Source of the DNA: a virus
Reading direction: 5' to 3' (one strand)
Virus record (IMG/VR): IMGVR_UViG_3300048854_000056
Span: 11,959-75,958 of that record
DNA length: 64,000 nt
A program made the position numbers and the translations under genes. Below the pieces are notes generated by a model. The model searched no databases and had not been told where the DNA came from. It saw only the letters and a list, made by a program, of their open reading frames with translations. Of the stretch, positions 29,156 through 39,259 are shown in pieces; the stretch's first letter is position 1, and each line of letters starts with the position of its first letter.

Positions 29156-32100
29156 CCACGTTCACGGTAAGTACAATAGGGGAGGCAGAAGCGCCGGAAC
29201 CGGACAGCCCAGGGGTATACCCGGAGTTGAAGGCACCCCCGAATTGAAGACCAGCGATGTTCTGAATGATCTGCTGCATCTCTTTGTACTGCTCTAACTG
29301 GTCCTGCAACGAAGCAAGGGATAAAGCGTCGGACTGTGCTTGGAGAGATGCCGTGTCAGAGGCTATGGAGAATACCTGTGACTCCAGAGTAACTTTCTGT
29401 TGTGTCAGGTTGATCTGGTCGTTCAAGCTCTGTAGCTGGTCTGCGTACTGGCTCTTCTGTTGCGAGAGCTGTGACGCGACTTGCACCCCTACAGATGTAC
29501 GTCGCTCGATGGCATTGTAGTTCGTGATCCCGAACTCAGCCGCCGCCTCTTCTTTCTGGAGTTCGATACGCTGTTTGATGAGGTCATTCAAGCTTAGTGC
29601 GTCTTGAATTGCCTGTTGCTCTCCCTGCGCCATCGAGTCGATCAAGGACTTGGATTGCTCTGCCAGTTCATCGTTTAGGAACTGGTTGGCTTTACTAAGG
29701 TCACCTCCGGCATCAAGGTAGTCCTTGACCTGTTGGTTGATGTCCATCCAACTCTTAGTCCAGTTTTGAAGCACCGTCCCACCTGACTGAAGAACACTGA
29801 GCTGGTCTTCAAAGCTCTTCTTCAAGTCGTCGGCTTGCTTCTGGAGCTGGGCCATTTCATCGTCGATCTCAGGGAGTAACTTATTCAGTTGATCCTTACC
29901 TCCCTTCACACCAGACAGTTGAGCCACCGCAGAGTCACGCTGCTTTTGCAAGTCAGCAATCGTCTGTGACAACGTAGTCTGTCCTAGTGAGTAGGACTTG
30001 TTGATAGCGTCGATGTTCTTGTTGATCGAGTCGGCAATCTTCTTGGCCTGCGCTACGAACATATCGCCAATGAAGGAGAACGCTGCACCTAGGGGCTTCA
30101 CGATGGAACCAACAACAGGTATGGCAGACAGTGCGTCGCTGATCGGGCCGGATGACAACACCGAGCCGATACCACCGATTACACCACCTTGTTTTCTACC
30201 TTGCTCATACTGGTTGATGGTGCCCATTATGTTGTTGGCTAGGTTAGTTAGTCCGCTGAGCCCGGCTGCGGCAACCTCCGTTCCTGCACTTAGCTTTTCT
30301 ATACCATCATCGGCCTTTGACCAATCCGAAAGGCCCTGTTGCATCTGGGACTTGAAGTCAGGTCCTAGGAATTCGTTCTCCGCCACCTGGCCGGCCTTGC
30401 TAAGAGATGTCCCTAGCGTGTCCGCGATGGTCTGCAAAGAGTGTAGGGACTTACCGGTTTCAGCCAACTGCGAAGTTAGGTCCTTCACAGCCTGTGCATC
30501 TCCGGCGTCGGATGCCTTCTTCAGAGCCTCTACGAGGTTGGCAGCCTGTTGCTTTACCTTGGCAATCTCAGCATCAGCGGCGTTCTTCTCCGCGCTCTGA
30601 GCAAGAGCAACATTGCTACCCTGTGACTGTCCAGCAAGGCGGATTGCACTCACCGACTGTTGCAACTGAGTGTTATGCAGCCCCGCTAGTTTGTCCTGTA
30701 GTGCCTGTGTTGCTTGGGAGTTCTCGTTCTTAGCCTTAGCTTCATTCAGGAGTGCCGTCGTGTTGTCGATGGCGGCCTGTGTGATTTGCTTTTGCAGGTT
30801 TAGTTCCTGCGTAGCCTTGGCATTTCTCTCCGATGCAGACACAATGTCGGACGAGTTGTCCACAATGGTCTGAGTATCTAGTCCGGACTGACGCTGGTTT
30901 TGCTCATGCTGGAACGTGGCCTGCTGTTCGGCACGAACAACGTCAACACGCTGTTGGGACCGGAGAGCATACTGTGCGTTGTACTGAGCCTCAGCGAGAT
31001 CTAACTGCTTCAGTGCCTCCTGTTTCTTTACCGTGCCGTCAGCATACTGATTGACCGCGTCCACAAGGGTCTGACGCTGTAGTGCGTACTCAGCCTTGAT
31101 GATGGATGTTTCTTGGTCGAATCCTTGGGTCTGTGTTATGACACCGTCTTGCTGGTTCTGCTTCGATAGGGCGAGAAGGTCCTTCTGGTGCTGTACCTGT
31201 AGCTGGTATACCTCCTGAAGATGTACCTTCTGTGCAGCCAGGTCCTCAGCGTCGGCCGCACGCTGTCCGGCATTTACTGCCTTGCTAGCCTGCCCCTTGA
31301 GGACATCCAGCTCGTTCTGCATGGCAGCTACAGCGGATTTTATCTGTTCTGGCTTTGCTCCACTAGCCTGCGCCTTCTTTTGGTAAGCCTTTATCAGCTC
31401 CTCAACATCGGCAATCTCAGCCGCGTATAGGAGGTTGTTATCGACCGCCGCTTGCTTGTGGTTGATGGTGCTCTTTGTAAGTGAGTCCTGCACTGTGTCA
31501 CGAAGGTCAGAATAAGCATTCTTAGTCTTTGTGATTTCGTCGCGGAGTTCCTGTTGTGCTGCACGGAGTGTTGACAGGTCACCTGTTGATTTAGGGTGCA
31601 GGTTGTCTTTTGCAACGTTGGGAGCTTCTGCTGTGTTCTTTGGTGCGGTACTTTGCGTAAGGAAACTGAGGCCGGATGTGTCCCCAGTGGAAAGCTTCAT
31701 CAGGGATACAGTGAGCTTGTCTAGGATCTTATCGACGTTCTTTTCAGCCAGTGCAGTTTGGTGCTCTCTGTCCGCAGCCGATTTAGATGCGTCTATATCT
31801 CCTTGTATACCCGAGCGATCCTTCTGTGCCTGCCCTCTAAGGAATGATCCTCCATAGTTCTCAGGCAATACGTGGGATAGTCCTCCCTCAATTGAAGCGA
31901 AGTCGGCCCTGTTACCAGCGGACATCGAGTTCGCTGTTTTATCACCGAATGCAGCGGCCTCAGCCATCATGGAGATAGTGGTGTTTGCAATGCTCGCAAT
32001 CGCCGTGCCTATCAGCAAGAATGTTGATCCGATTATGAGGAGGTCATTCTTCAGGCCGTCCCAGTTTCCGGTGAGGAATCTCTGTGCAGAGTCAGCAGCG

Positions 32101-33308
32101 TTACCTAGTGCTTTACCTAGGTTCACTCCGATGTTCTGTAGCGCATCTCCGTTTTTGTCCACCCAAGCCAGAACGCTCTGTAGAATACTTGTGAGCTTGT
32201 CGAACAGCGGCCCCGCGATGAGACCTTCCCAGCGATCCTTATAGAGTTCTAGTGTGGCCAACAAGGTTACTTGCTTGTCGTTGGCTTCGCCAATACGCTG
32301 TGCGATACCTGGTGACCTAGCTAGGATCTCATCGTACAGATCATGGTACTTCTGTGCGTGGGCTACCATCTCCTTGAGCTGGTCTTTGGAGAGTCCTAAC
32401 GCCGCAGCCAGTTTGTCTGTGTCCCCGGCAGCGCCTTGCACTAACTTCTGGATCTCACCGATAAGCTTACGTGAGTCTAGGTTTGGAGACTGTGTCTGGA
32501 GAGCGCCTGTGACCAGCGCAGATACCTGTACAGCCTGGTCTAGGTTCTGTGTGAGGTTTCTGCCTCCATACTCTAGGAAGGCAGTGAGCCCGGTCTGTAC
32601 CGACTGGGAGCTTACCTTGAGCTTGGCCGCGAAGTCGTCAACCTTATGGACGAGGATATCGGCCTGTTGGCCGGCGATCTTGACGTTCTCTCCCCAGTCA
32701 GAGGAGAAGCTTACAGATTGAAGGAGGGCGGCTTTTACTTGGCTACTGCGCTCCTGGATGTCTTGTAGGTAGGTGAACCCCTCGGCCACTGCTTTGAACG
32801 GGGCAGAGATGGCTGCCACAGTGCCTTCCAGCACGGCACCTATCGACTTGTATACCAGTGTGTACTTTAGGATGGCTCCGGCGCTCTTGGCGAATTGCTC
32901 CGTGAGTCCTTGGAAGAACCCCGCCATCCCCTCACTGGATGCCTTAGTCTCGTTCTGTGCCGTCTTTACTTTGGTCAGTGCATCTACTATCTTCTGTTGC
33001 CCAGCCTCTACGGCGGCGGCCGACTTAGCCATAGACGCGGCTATAACTGAACTGGTGTCAGCCATTGATGCAGCTAACTCACCAAGTGCTTCACCTGAGT
33101 TCTTGGCAAGGCTGTCTATGGTCTGGTTCAGCTTGACAATAGAGTCGGAGAATGCAACACCGGCTACTTTGTCAAGGGATGGCATTTTTTCAATGGCTGC
33201 GGCGTATATGTCCGCCACCTGGTCCATCTGTTTAGCAAATCCAGCAGTGTCTACACCTAGTTCTAGTACCTCGGTGAAGGCTGCCTGTGTTACCGTGTCA
33301 TTCGCCAT
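29061..33308 (-). CDS. Tail tape measure protein
   Basis: 1415 aa, Ala/Gln/Leu-rich helical, N-terminal LELGVDTAGF, downstream of tail chaperones. Confidence 0.9.
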   Translation of the reverse strand: MANDTVTQAAFTEVLELGVDTAGFAKQMDQVADIYAAAIEKMPSLDKVAGVAFSDSIVKLNQTIDSLAKNSGEALGELAASMADTSSVIAASMAKSAAAVEAGQQKIVDALTKVKTAQNETKASSEGMAGFFQGLTEQFAKSAGAILKYTLVYKSIGAVLEGTVAAISAPFKAVAEGFTYLQDIQERSSQVKAALLQSVSFSSDWGENVKIAGQQADILVHKVDDFAAKLKVSSQSVQTGLTAFLEYGGRNLTQNLDQAVQVSALVTGALQTQSPNLDSRKLIGEIQKLVQGAAGDTDKLAAALGLSKDQLKEMVAHAQKYHDLYDEILARSPGIAQRIGEANDKQVTLLATLELYKDRWEGLIAGPLFDKLTSILQSVLAWVDKNGDALQNIGVNLGKALGNAADSAQRFLTGNWDGLKNDLLIIGSTFLLIGTAIASIANTTISMMAEAAAFGDKTANSMSAGNRADFASIEGGLSHVLPENYGGSFLRGQAQKDRSGIQGDIDASKSAADREHQTALAEKNVDKILDKLTVSLMKLSTGDTSGLSFLTQSTAPKNTAEAPNVAKDNLHPKSTGDLSTLRAAQQELRDEITKTKNAYSDLRDTVQDSLTKSTINHKQAAVDNNLLYAAEIADVEELIKAYQKKAQASGAKPEQIKSAVAAMQNELDVLKGQASKAVNAGQRAADAEDLAAQKVHLQEVYQLQVQHQKDLLALSKQNQQDGVITQTQGFDQETSIIKAEYALQRQTLVDAVNQYADGTVKKQEALKQLDLAEAQYNAQYALRSQQRVDVVRAEQQATFQHEQNQRQSGLDTQTIVDNSSDIVSASERNAKATQELNLQKQITQAAIDNTTALLNEAKAKNENSQATQALQDKLAGLHNTQLQQSVSAIRLAGQSQGSNVALAQSAEKNAADAEIAKVKQQAANLVEALKKASDAGDAQAVKDLTSQLAETGKSLHSLQTIADTLGTSLSKAGQVAENEFLGPDFKSQMQQGLSDWSKADDGIEKLSAGTEVAAAGLSGLTNLANNIMGTINQYEQGRKQGGVIGGIGSVLSSGPISDALSAIPVVGSIVKPLGAAFSFIGDMFVAQAKKIADSINKNIDAINKSYSLGQTTLSQTIADLQKQRDSAVAQLSGVKGGKDQLNKLLPEIDDEMAQLQKQADDLKKSFEDQLSVLQSGGTVLQNWTKSWMDINQQVKDYLDAGGDLSKANQFLNDELAEQSKSLIDSMAQGEQQAIQDALSLNDLIKQRIELQKEEAAAEFGITNYNAIERRTSVGVQVASQLSQQKSQYADQLQSLNDQINLTQQKVTLESQVFSIASDTASLQAQSDALSLASLQDQLEQYKEMQQIIQNIAGLQFGGAFNSGYTPGLSGSGASASPIVLTVNVDAGGQDVNSKQFASYLADAITSQVSSNRTNI

Positions 33309-33382
33309 TTATGGGTTCTTTCTTTGGTTGGGGAGAGGCAAAGTAAAACCCCGGAGCTAAGGCTCAACGGGGTTGGATACTA

Positions 33383-33395
33383 CGCACAGTGTGCG
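33383..33395. promoter_or_regulatory. 13-bp palindrome CGCACAGTGTGCG
   Basis: Exact copy abutting the stop codon at 33396. Confidence 0.7.
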
Positions 33396-34094
33396 CTAAA
33401 AGTCGTACTGGTCTTTTGGAAGTAGTTGAGACGGGGTAACAGCTTTGGGCTTTCGTGGCCTCTTGGGTTTACTCTCTTGATCCTTGCGACTATTGAATGC
33501 TGCGATAGCACCGGGTGAAAAGTCATCGGCCGATACGATCTCGCTTTCTTCATCGAATACCTCAGCAGCGGTCTGCCCTAGAAGGTGTCCATCAGGGCGG
33601 GTGCCCGGAGCGGCCGAAGCAAGGTTCTTCACGATGAGGGCTTTTGCAAACACCATCGTCTCGTTCATCAATGTCTCACGGATGACGTTTGTTCTGAACC
33701 CACCGTCTGCGAAGGCGGCGGCGAGGTCCTTGCCGAATTGTTGCATGATTTTGTTGAGCGCCGGTCTCACAAAGGGATGAGGTCGGATACCAGGGTGCAT
33801 TACTTGAGCAGCGAACACACCGCCACCCTCTGGTCCCCAATGCAGGGCTTCTAAGGTGCTGCTATCACCACGTTGGATCGGTTTGATTAGATAGTTACTG
33901 CTAGTGCCACCACCGTAGGGAGCCTCAGGTGAGCGTCGTGTAGCTGTGCCGAATTCTAACCAATACCAAAAGCTAAGATCACTAGGAACTTGGAGCCGGG
34001 CCGCTACCTTCGTTGTCCTGAAGGAGCGTGCCCGAGCCTTGAGTTCATCCACAAACTTAGTAGAAGTGACCTTGCTTATTCTAATGATCGGCAT
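33396..34094 (-). CDS. HK97 gp10-like tail completion protein
   Basis: YWLEFGT and HPGIRPHPFVRPAL motifs. Confidence 0.7.
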   Translation of the reverse strand: MPIIRISKVTSTKFVDELKARARSFRTTKVAARLQVPSDLSFWYWLEFGTATRRSPEAPYGGGTSSNYLIKPIQRGDSSTLEALHWGPEGGGVFAAQVMHPGIRPHPFVRPALNKIMQQFGKDLAAAFADGGFRTNVIRETLMNETMVFAKALIVKNLASAAPGTRPDGHLLGQTAAEVFDEESEIVSADDFSPGAIAAFNSRKDQESKPKRPRKPKAVTPSQLLPKDQYDF

Positions 34095-34105
34095 GACCGA
34101 GTCTC

Positions 34106-34363
34106 CTACTTACTGAACTCACGTTGTGAAACCAACAGTTCGTCCATAGTCATCTCTGACATGCGTTTACCATTGCTAGCCACTGGGTCGCGTTTATCAC
34201 GTTCCTTGCGGCGTTCCTCCGCCTTCCTGTCCCGCTCGATGCGCTCGTGCATCCGGTCGCTGTTCACCTTTCCAGCGTGGGATATAAGGAGGAGCTGCGG
34301 GACGGTGAGGGTCATCGCATAGTCGAGCGTGCAATGATAGGTCTGACAGATGTTGTCAAGCAT
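34106..34363 (-). CDS. Tail assembly chaperone, frameshifted (GT) C-terminal part
   Basis: Open in the -1 frame from slippery site 34450-34444 through ATG 34363. Confidence 0.75.
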   Translation of the reverse strand: MLDNICQTYHCTLDYAMTLTVPQLLLISHAGKVNSDRMHERIERDRKAEERRKERDKRDPVASNGKRMSEMTMDELLVSQREFSK

Positions 34364-34386
34364 GACAAAGGGGTTTCCCTTGTCTT

Positions 34387-34971
34387 CTACCTTGCTTGGT
34401 CCGTCGCCGGCCTCTTGCTCAGGAAGATCGGGAGGACTTGTGCGAAAAAATCAGCAAACTGGACGATCATTTTGTTCTTGTTGACCTGCGCCAGAACAAT
34501 GTTGATTAGCTCGAATGGGCTCTGTGCATTGTCTTCAACCCACTGTGCTGTAACCAACTCTCCCAACTTTTCCTCACGAAGAGGTTTCATGTTGCATACG
34601 ATCTCTACCATCTGAGGAAGATCCTCAGCGCAGAAGTTGAGTAGGTAGGCAGGGTCGATGTCACCGAGTGCTGACAATGCAATTCCGGGTATGCCCACGT
34701 TCACCTTGGAGTTTACGGCGTCAGTGATGGTGTTCTTGAGCTTACTGGCAACCAGGCCGATGATAGGTTTTAGTCGTGATACGAACTGGAGATATTGTTT
34801 GTACCCCAGACTCACAACTTGAAACTTGCGTCCTCCGAACATGAACTCGCCCTCTCCCAAGATAGGAATGGCGAAGGCTTCGGATAGGACTTGCTCTTCA
34901 GTGAGTGAGTTTTCAATTTTCTCGACCTCAGCTTCACTGGTGTTTTCTGTAATGTTTTCCATCATTCCCAT
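34387..34971 (-). CDS. Tail assembly chaperone (gpG-like)
   Basis: Follows major tail gene; T-TTT-TTC near 3' end; listed TTG 35064 is the promoter -35 box, so start moved to an ATG at about 34971. Confidence 0.75.
   Translation of the reverse strand: MGMMENITENTSEAEVEKIENSLTEEQVLSEAFAIPILGEGEFMFGGRKFQVVSLGYKQYLQFVSRLKPIIGLVASKLKNTITDAVNSKVNVGIPGIALSALGDIDPAYLLNFCAEDLPQMVEIVCNMKPLREEKLGELVTAQWVEDNAQSPFELINIVLAQVNKNKMIVQFADFFAQVLPIFLSKRPATDQAR
34444..34450 (-). other. Programmed -1 ribosomal frameshift heptamer U UUU UUC
   Basis: GAT TTT TTC in frame; -1 slip gives 27 open codons into the 34363 ORF. Confidence 0.75.
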
Positions 34972-35035
34972 GTGCCTTATAAAAAGAATTGGCGACTCCG
35001 CTTGGTAGGGGAGTCGCCGGTTTTCATCCATTATT

Positions 35036-35064
35036 AGAATACTACAGAAACTATTTGGTGTCAA
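35036..35064 (-). promoter_or_regulatory. Sigma70-type promoter
   Basis: TTGACA-17 bp-TATTCT. Confidence 0.65.
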
Positions 35065-35106
35065 GCATTTCTTGGAGTATTTCTAACTTATTTTGTGATT
35101 CGCAAC

Positions 35107-35850
35107 TTAGGCGAAGATTGTGGCTGCAAACAGAGCATCTTTGGTCTGTCCCTGAGGGGTAAACGCAATGAGTTCCGCGCTGACCTTCGTGAGCAGCTTG
35201 TCGCCACTGGAGTCAAACTCTACCGAGAGCTGTGCTGCCGGGTGATAGAAGTGAAGCTCCTTGCCGTCGATCTTGTTGCAGTACACGCAAAGCAGGGCCG
35301 TCGAGATTACGTCTTCCTGCCCAATGAAGAATGCCTTCGTGGAGCCGGAAGTGGCGACGGAGCCATTGAACCCAAGCTGGCTCAGAACGTAGTCGTCCGT
35401 CTGCCAAAGGCTGAAATCAATGGTTGCATCCTTGCTCTTCGCGTAGGTGAGCCGGACCACCTGGTCCATACCAGTCATGATCTTGTCTACATTCTTCGTG
35501 TACGTGATCTTGGCCGGAGCGTCCATGATTCCTAGGTCAGTCCAACCCGTAGGGGTGTTGCCGTTGGTCTTGAACGAAAAGGCGGTGTAGTTTCCTACTG
35601 GAGCGGCAGTGGTGGACTCAGCCGTTTTGATGAACACGCGAGCGGCCGGGAGAACAGCAAGAGACTGTACTCCGGTGTCTCCGAAGACGGTCAGGGGCTT
35701 CTGTGTGGTGAAGTTGTTTACGATTACTTGAGACATTGATCCTTGTCCTGGGGTTGGATTTGAGGGGTTGTAGGGAGGCAAGTTAGACGGGTCCCCGTAG
35801 AGATAGCCGAATGGAGATCTGCCGTATCCCACATAGTTTGAACTAGGCAT
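35107..35850 (-). CDS. Major tail (tube) protein
   Basis: Position after head-tail genes and before chaperones; WTDLG, beta-rich 247 aa. Confidence 0.72.
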   Translation of the reverse strand: MPSSNYVGYGRSPFGYLYGDPSNLPPYNPSNPTPGQGSMSQVIVNNFTTQKPLTVFGDTGVQSLAVLPAARVFIKTAESTTAAPVGNYTAFSFKTNGNTPTGWTDLGIMDAPAKITYTKNVDKIMTGMDQVVRLTYAKSKDATIDFSLWQTDDYVLSQLGFNGSVATSGSTKAFFIGQEDVISTALLCVYCNKIDGKELHFYHPAAQLSVEFDSSGDKLLTKVSAELIAFTPQGQTKDALFAATIFA

Positions 35851-36271
35851 AGCGGACGTATAGCTCCAAGAAAGCTGACCGGTGGAAGTAGTCAGTGGAG
35901 GCTACTGTTCTGAACTGGATAGAATCCGTGTTCCAAAACACTAGGCGGTTGGCGACTTGCACGGCCGGCTGGGTCGAGTAGTCTAGTAGAGATGCTTGCC
36001 CACCTAACGTCAACAGTCCGACGACACTCTCCTCTAAATCCAGAGCATATAGCTCGTCGTCGTGGAGGATGTCTAAAGTTACGAACTGCGATGCCGGAGA
36101 GCGCGAGGAATAGTCTGCATCATGAAAGGCAACGTTCAGCTTTTTTAGCTGTGGTATGTTCTGGTGCGGCCGGGTCTTGTCGAAGCGGATTGGGTGTACG
36201 GTCTCGACGGGCAGGTTGTCTGCTAGGAAGTGGAGAAACGTGTCTCTCACATTACGTAGTGTTGAACTCAT
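35843..36271 (-). CDS. Putative tail terminator
   Basis: Size and synteny immediately before major tail gene. Confidence 0.55.
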   Translation of the reverse strand: MSSTLRNVRDTFLHFLADNLPVETVHPIRFDKTRPHQNIPQLKKLNVAFHDADYSSRSPASQFVTLDILHDDELYALDLEESVVGLLTLGGQASLLDYSTQPAVQVANRLVFWNTDSIQFRTVASTDYFHRSAFLELYVRYA

Positions 36272-36693
36272 ACTGACGTTGACACGCTGCGAGCAATGAC
36301 CAACCAGGCTACGGTTGTTCCTTGAAAGCCCTTACTGTCGATGTAGATGATTCTTAGCACCTCTTCCTCAGTGGTGCCTTCCTTGATGACAAACTGTGTG
36401 TTTGGATCTCGGAGGGCTTCCTCTGTTATCGAATCAGCGGAGAGTGTTACGGAGAAGTCATCCGGAGATACCTTCTTGCCGCTCGCTGTGAGGTACATCA
36501 GTTCGCGCGTTCCTATCCTTTGGTAAGCGGCCGGTGGACTAATCAATGTGTCCTGCACGGTGCCCGTGTCTCTGCCTATTAGGGCATCTCCTCCTGAATC
36601 GGGGAGGTAGGTCCGCAGGTACAAAGGGTTGTTCATCCCAGAGATTCGCTTGAGCCCGTTAGATACTCGTTTTGCTAGTTGGGCAGCATTCAC
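36268..36693 (-). CDS. Putative head closure / stopper protein
   Basis: Size and synteny. Confidence 0.55.
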   Translation of the reverse strand: MNAAQLAKRVSNGLKRISGMNNPLYLRTYLPDSGGDALIGRDTGTVQDTLISPPAAYQRIGTRELMYLTASGKKVSPDDFSVTLSADSITEEALRDPNTQFVIKEGTTEEEVLRIIYIDSKGFQGTTVAWLVIARSVSTSV

Positions 36694-36695
36694 GG

Positions 36696-37295
36696 TTAGC
36701 TCCTCTGTAGGCGAACATTGCCGCGAATCATAAGTGGCTTGCAGTATTGGAGGGCCACTGGGGAAACAAGTGTTCCGGTTGCTCCGCCTGGTGCAAATCT
36801 TTGACTGATCTGTATACCACCGACACTCAAAGAGTCACTAATGACCCCTTGCAGTCTGCTCGTGAGGACGGAGGTATCAACATTCAGCATGTAGACACAT
36901 TGTTCGCACTGGGCAATCTTGATGGTGTCCGGTACGTAAACCTCACCTTCTAGGTAAGCCTCGAAAGTCCTAGGAAACTGGAGCTTCTGGTTGTACACGT
37001 ACTTCTGTGGCCGGGAGTCACAGTTCTTTACAGAGCGAATCTGTTGCTGTGCATAGTCCACTTCTAGTCGGAATTCGCCTGTGGGGTCTACCGGGTAGGT
37101 GAACCTTAGTGTCTCTATGATGCGGCACGCTTGAACTAGCAGGGAAGACTTCTGAGGATCACTCAGTGCGTTCCATTGACTAGCCGAGTTCACGTCCCAA
37201 TGCTGCTCCCAGTAGGAATTTGCATACTCAAGGTCAACGTAAGAGTTGGAGGAGGTCCCGCCAACCGTTGCATCAACCTCGATGAGGTTTGGCAT
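36696..37295 (-). CDS. Head-tail adaptor
   Basis: NSYVDLEYANSYW, ALQFPR-like QKLQFPR, VPDTIKIAQCE pattern; follows capsid gene. Confidence 0.72.
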   Translation of the reverse strand: MPNLIEVDATVGGTSSNSYVDLEYANSYWEQHWDVNSASQWNALSDPQKSSLLVQACRIIETLRFTYPVDPTGEFRLEVDYAQQQIRSVKNCDSRPQKYVYNQKLQFPRTFEAYLEGEVYVPDTIKIAQCEQCVYMLNVDTSVLTSRLQGVISDSLSVGGIQISQRFAPGGATGTLVSPVALQYCKPLMIRGNVRLQRS

Positions 37296-37332
37296 TGTTT
37301 CTCACTCCTTTATGACCGAGTGGTAAACGAAT

Positions 37333-37363
37333 CTGCGTAGCACTCACTAGGAATGCTACGCAG
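37333..37363 (-). terminator. Hairpin downstream of capsid gene
   Basis: CTGCGTAGCA/TGCTACGCAG 10-bp stem; weak U tract. Confidence 0.45.
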
Positions 37364-37379
37364 TATTTTACCTGGTTGA

Positions 37380-38360
37380 TTAGAGGACAGTGACGCGAAC
37401 GCCCGGGAGTTCCTTGTTGTCGGCAACAACCTTCACCCAGTTGGCCGGGGTGTAAAGGGTCGTATTCGTGGGGTTGGCACCCTTGGTGTCGTCGTACTTC
37501 ACGCCCTTGATGCGGACGTTGAACGCATATTCACCCTGGATACGATCCGCGAGGTTTGCCTGACCCGTGATGGGCTGGCTGATGATGTCGCGTGCTTCCG
37601 ACTCAGCGACCTCTACCGAGTTCTCCACGAGGGCGAGAACGTCGTACTTAGTCGTGGACGATGCCGTGGTGTACAGGCTCGTGGAGTCCGTCACTACAAC
37701 CGGCTTACCGAAGGTGGCGATGGTTCCCGCGTAAACGGTAGCACCGGCAACCTCGAACAGCTTGTCTGCAATCTGCTGACGCATGAGGTCGAAGTAGTTC
37801 TTGGAGTGCATGACGAAGCAGACGAGGCGCGAAGCGCGGTCGCCAAACTTGGACATACCGTTTACCAGTGCCGTGTGGCTCAGGGTGTTGGGGGTGTCAG
37901 CGGTTGCGTCGTACTGGAGGGCCGCTGCCTGGTTGATGATAGCCGCACGGACGGAGCCAATCGCAGTGTTGATGTAATCAGTTGCGATGGAGGGTCCAAT
38001 CTGCTGCCCCAGAAGGAAGCTGAACTCGTCGGACGAAACGCCCATCTTACGGAAAGAGTCGCGGTTCTGTGCGACGGGTCCGATGGTGCGGTTGACCTTC
38101 ACGCCTACCATCTCATCCTGACCCAGAGAGGTATCAGTGAGGCTGGCCTGCGAGGTAACGTCACGGAACTGAATCAGACCGGCGGTGCTCTTCAGGAACG
38201 ACTCGCGCTCGTAGTTTCCGAGAATGGACCGCGTGACGAGGCGGATGGAGTTGTTGGAGGCGGAGTTGAAGCCCTCGGTGTTCTGCTGGACAGTTTCAAC
38301 AACACCACCCCAGAACTGGGTGGGGTAAATGACGAACGTGCTGGAGGTTCCGATGCTCAT
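37380..38360 (-). CDS. Major capsid protein (HK97 fold)
   Basis: 326 aa, strong codon bias, between scaffold and adaptor; FGKPVVVTDS. Confidence 0.85.
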   Translation of the reverse strand: MSIGTSSTFVIYPTQFWGGVVETVQQNTEGFNSASNNSIRLVTRSILGNYERESFLKSTAGLIQFRDVTSQASLTDTSLGQDEMVGVKVNRTIGPVAQNRDSFRKMGVSSDEFSFLLGQQIGPSIATDYINTAIGSVRAAIINQAAALQYDATADTPNTLSHTALVNGMSKFGDRASRLVCFVMHSKNYFDLMRQQIADKLFEVAGATVYAGTIATFGKPVVVTDSTSLYTTASSTTKYDVLALVENSVEVAESEARDIISQPITGQANLADRIQGEYAFNVRIKGVKYDDTKGANPTNTTLYTPANWVKVVADNKELPGVRVTVL

Positions 38361-38443
38361 GTTTCTTTTTTCCTTTGTAAATGTCTAAGGCACCCGGTTA
38401 GGGGTGCCTAGGAATTGATTTTTTGCGGAGAGGTACTTAGTTA

Positions 38444-39184
38444 TTACTTGAGGGGAAGCTTTTCGTAAGCCTCTCCGCCGAACTTTGTGATGTACTCTAC
38501 CTTTTCCTGGTAGTTCTTGAAGTCTGCCTTAGAGGTGATCTTGGACATACCCCCGCCAGAACGGTTGCTCTCACCGGCACCAGAACCACCCTTGACGTTG
38601 CTCGTCACGAGGTAGGGGTGCTGTGAAGCGAACTGCGAGAAGAACTCCTTCAGTGTCATGGGCTGCAATGCGTTGTTCTGCCTAATGACACCGTTTTCGT
38701 CCTTGATTACGTGCTTTCCGGTATCTTCGTCAAAATGGATAAAACGCTCAGTGAGTGTCTTGACCACGTTGACATCGTGAAACTGAAAAGTATCCTGATC
38801 CTGAATAGCGTCACGAATGGCGACATCCTTCACGATTCGCTTGTTCTCCTGCTCAACGGCCTTGATCCTAGCCTCAGCAGCTTCACGCGCTTGTCGTTCC
38901 TGAAGCGTTAGCTTCTTTTCGCCTTCAAGGATGTGTTTGAACTGATCCTTTTCGGCGTCGGTGGAGTCTTCTTTCTTCTTCCCAGACTTCTCCCGCTCTT
39001 CCTTCAGGGCGTTCTCAGCCGCATCCTTAGCGGCCTGTGCTGCGGCCAACTCCTCGGAGTGCTTCTTGTTCTGGCGGCCAATCCTCTCCTCAATGATCTT
39101 GGAGATGGCATCCTTCTGGGCGTCGTCAAATGTGACTGCTTGCTGCCCACCTTTGTTGTCGGTCTGATCGGTGTTTTCAGGCAT
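38444..39184 (-). CDS. Capsid scaffolding protein
   Basis: Charged coiled coil, GGSGAG near C-terminus, between portal and capsid. Confidence 0.8.
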   Translation of the reverse strand: MPENTDQTDNKGGQQAVTFDDAQKDAISKIIEERIGRQNKKHSEELAAAQAAKDAAENALKEEREKSGKKKEDSTDAEKDQFKHILEGEKKLTLQERQAREAAEARIKAVEQENKRIVKDVAIRDAIQDQDTFQFHDVNVVKTLTERFIHFDEDTGKHVIKDENGVIRQNNALQPMTLKEFFSQFASQHPYLVTSNVKGGSGAGESNRSGGGMSKITSKADFKNYQEKVEYITKFGGEAYEKLPLK

Positions 39185-39259
39185 GTGAGTGGTTCTTTCT
39201 CCCCAGGGTCCTCTTGGGAACAGAAAGGCCCTCCACGAGGTAAGAGGGCCGGTTAGGGT

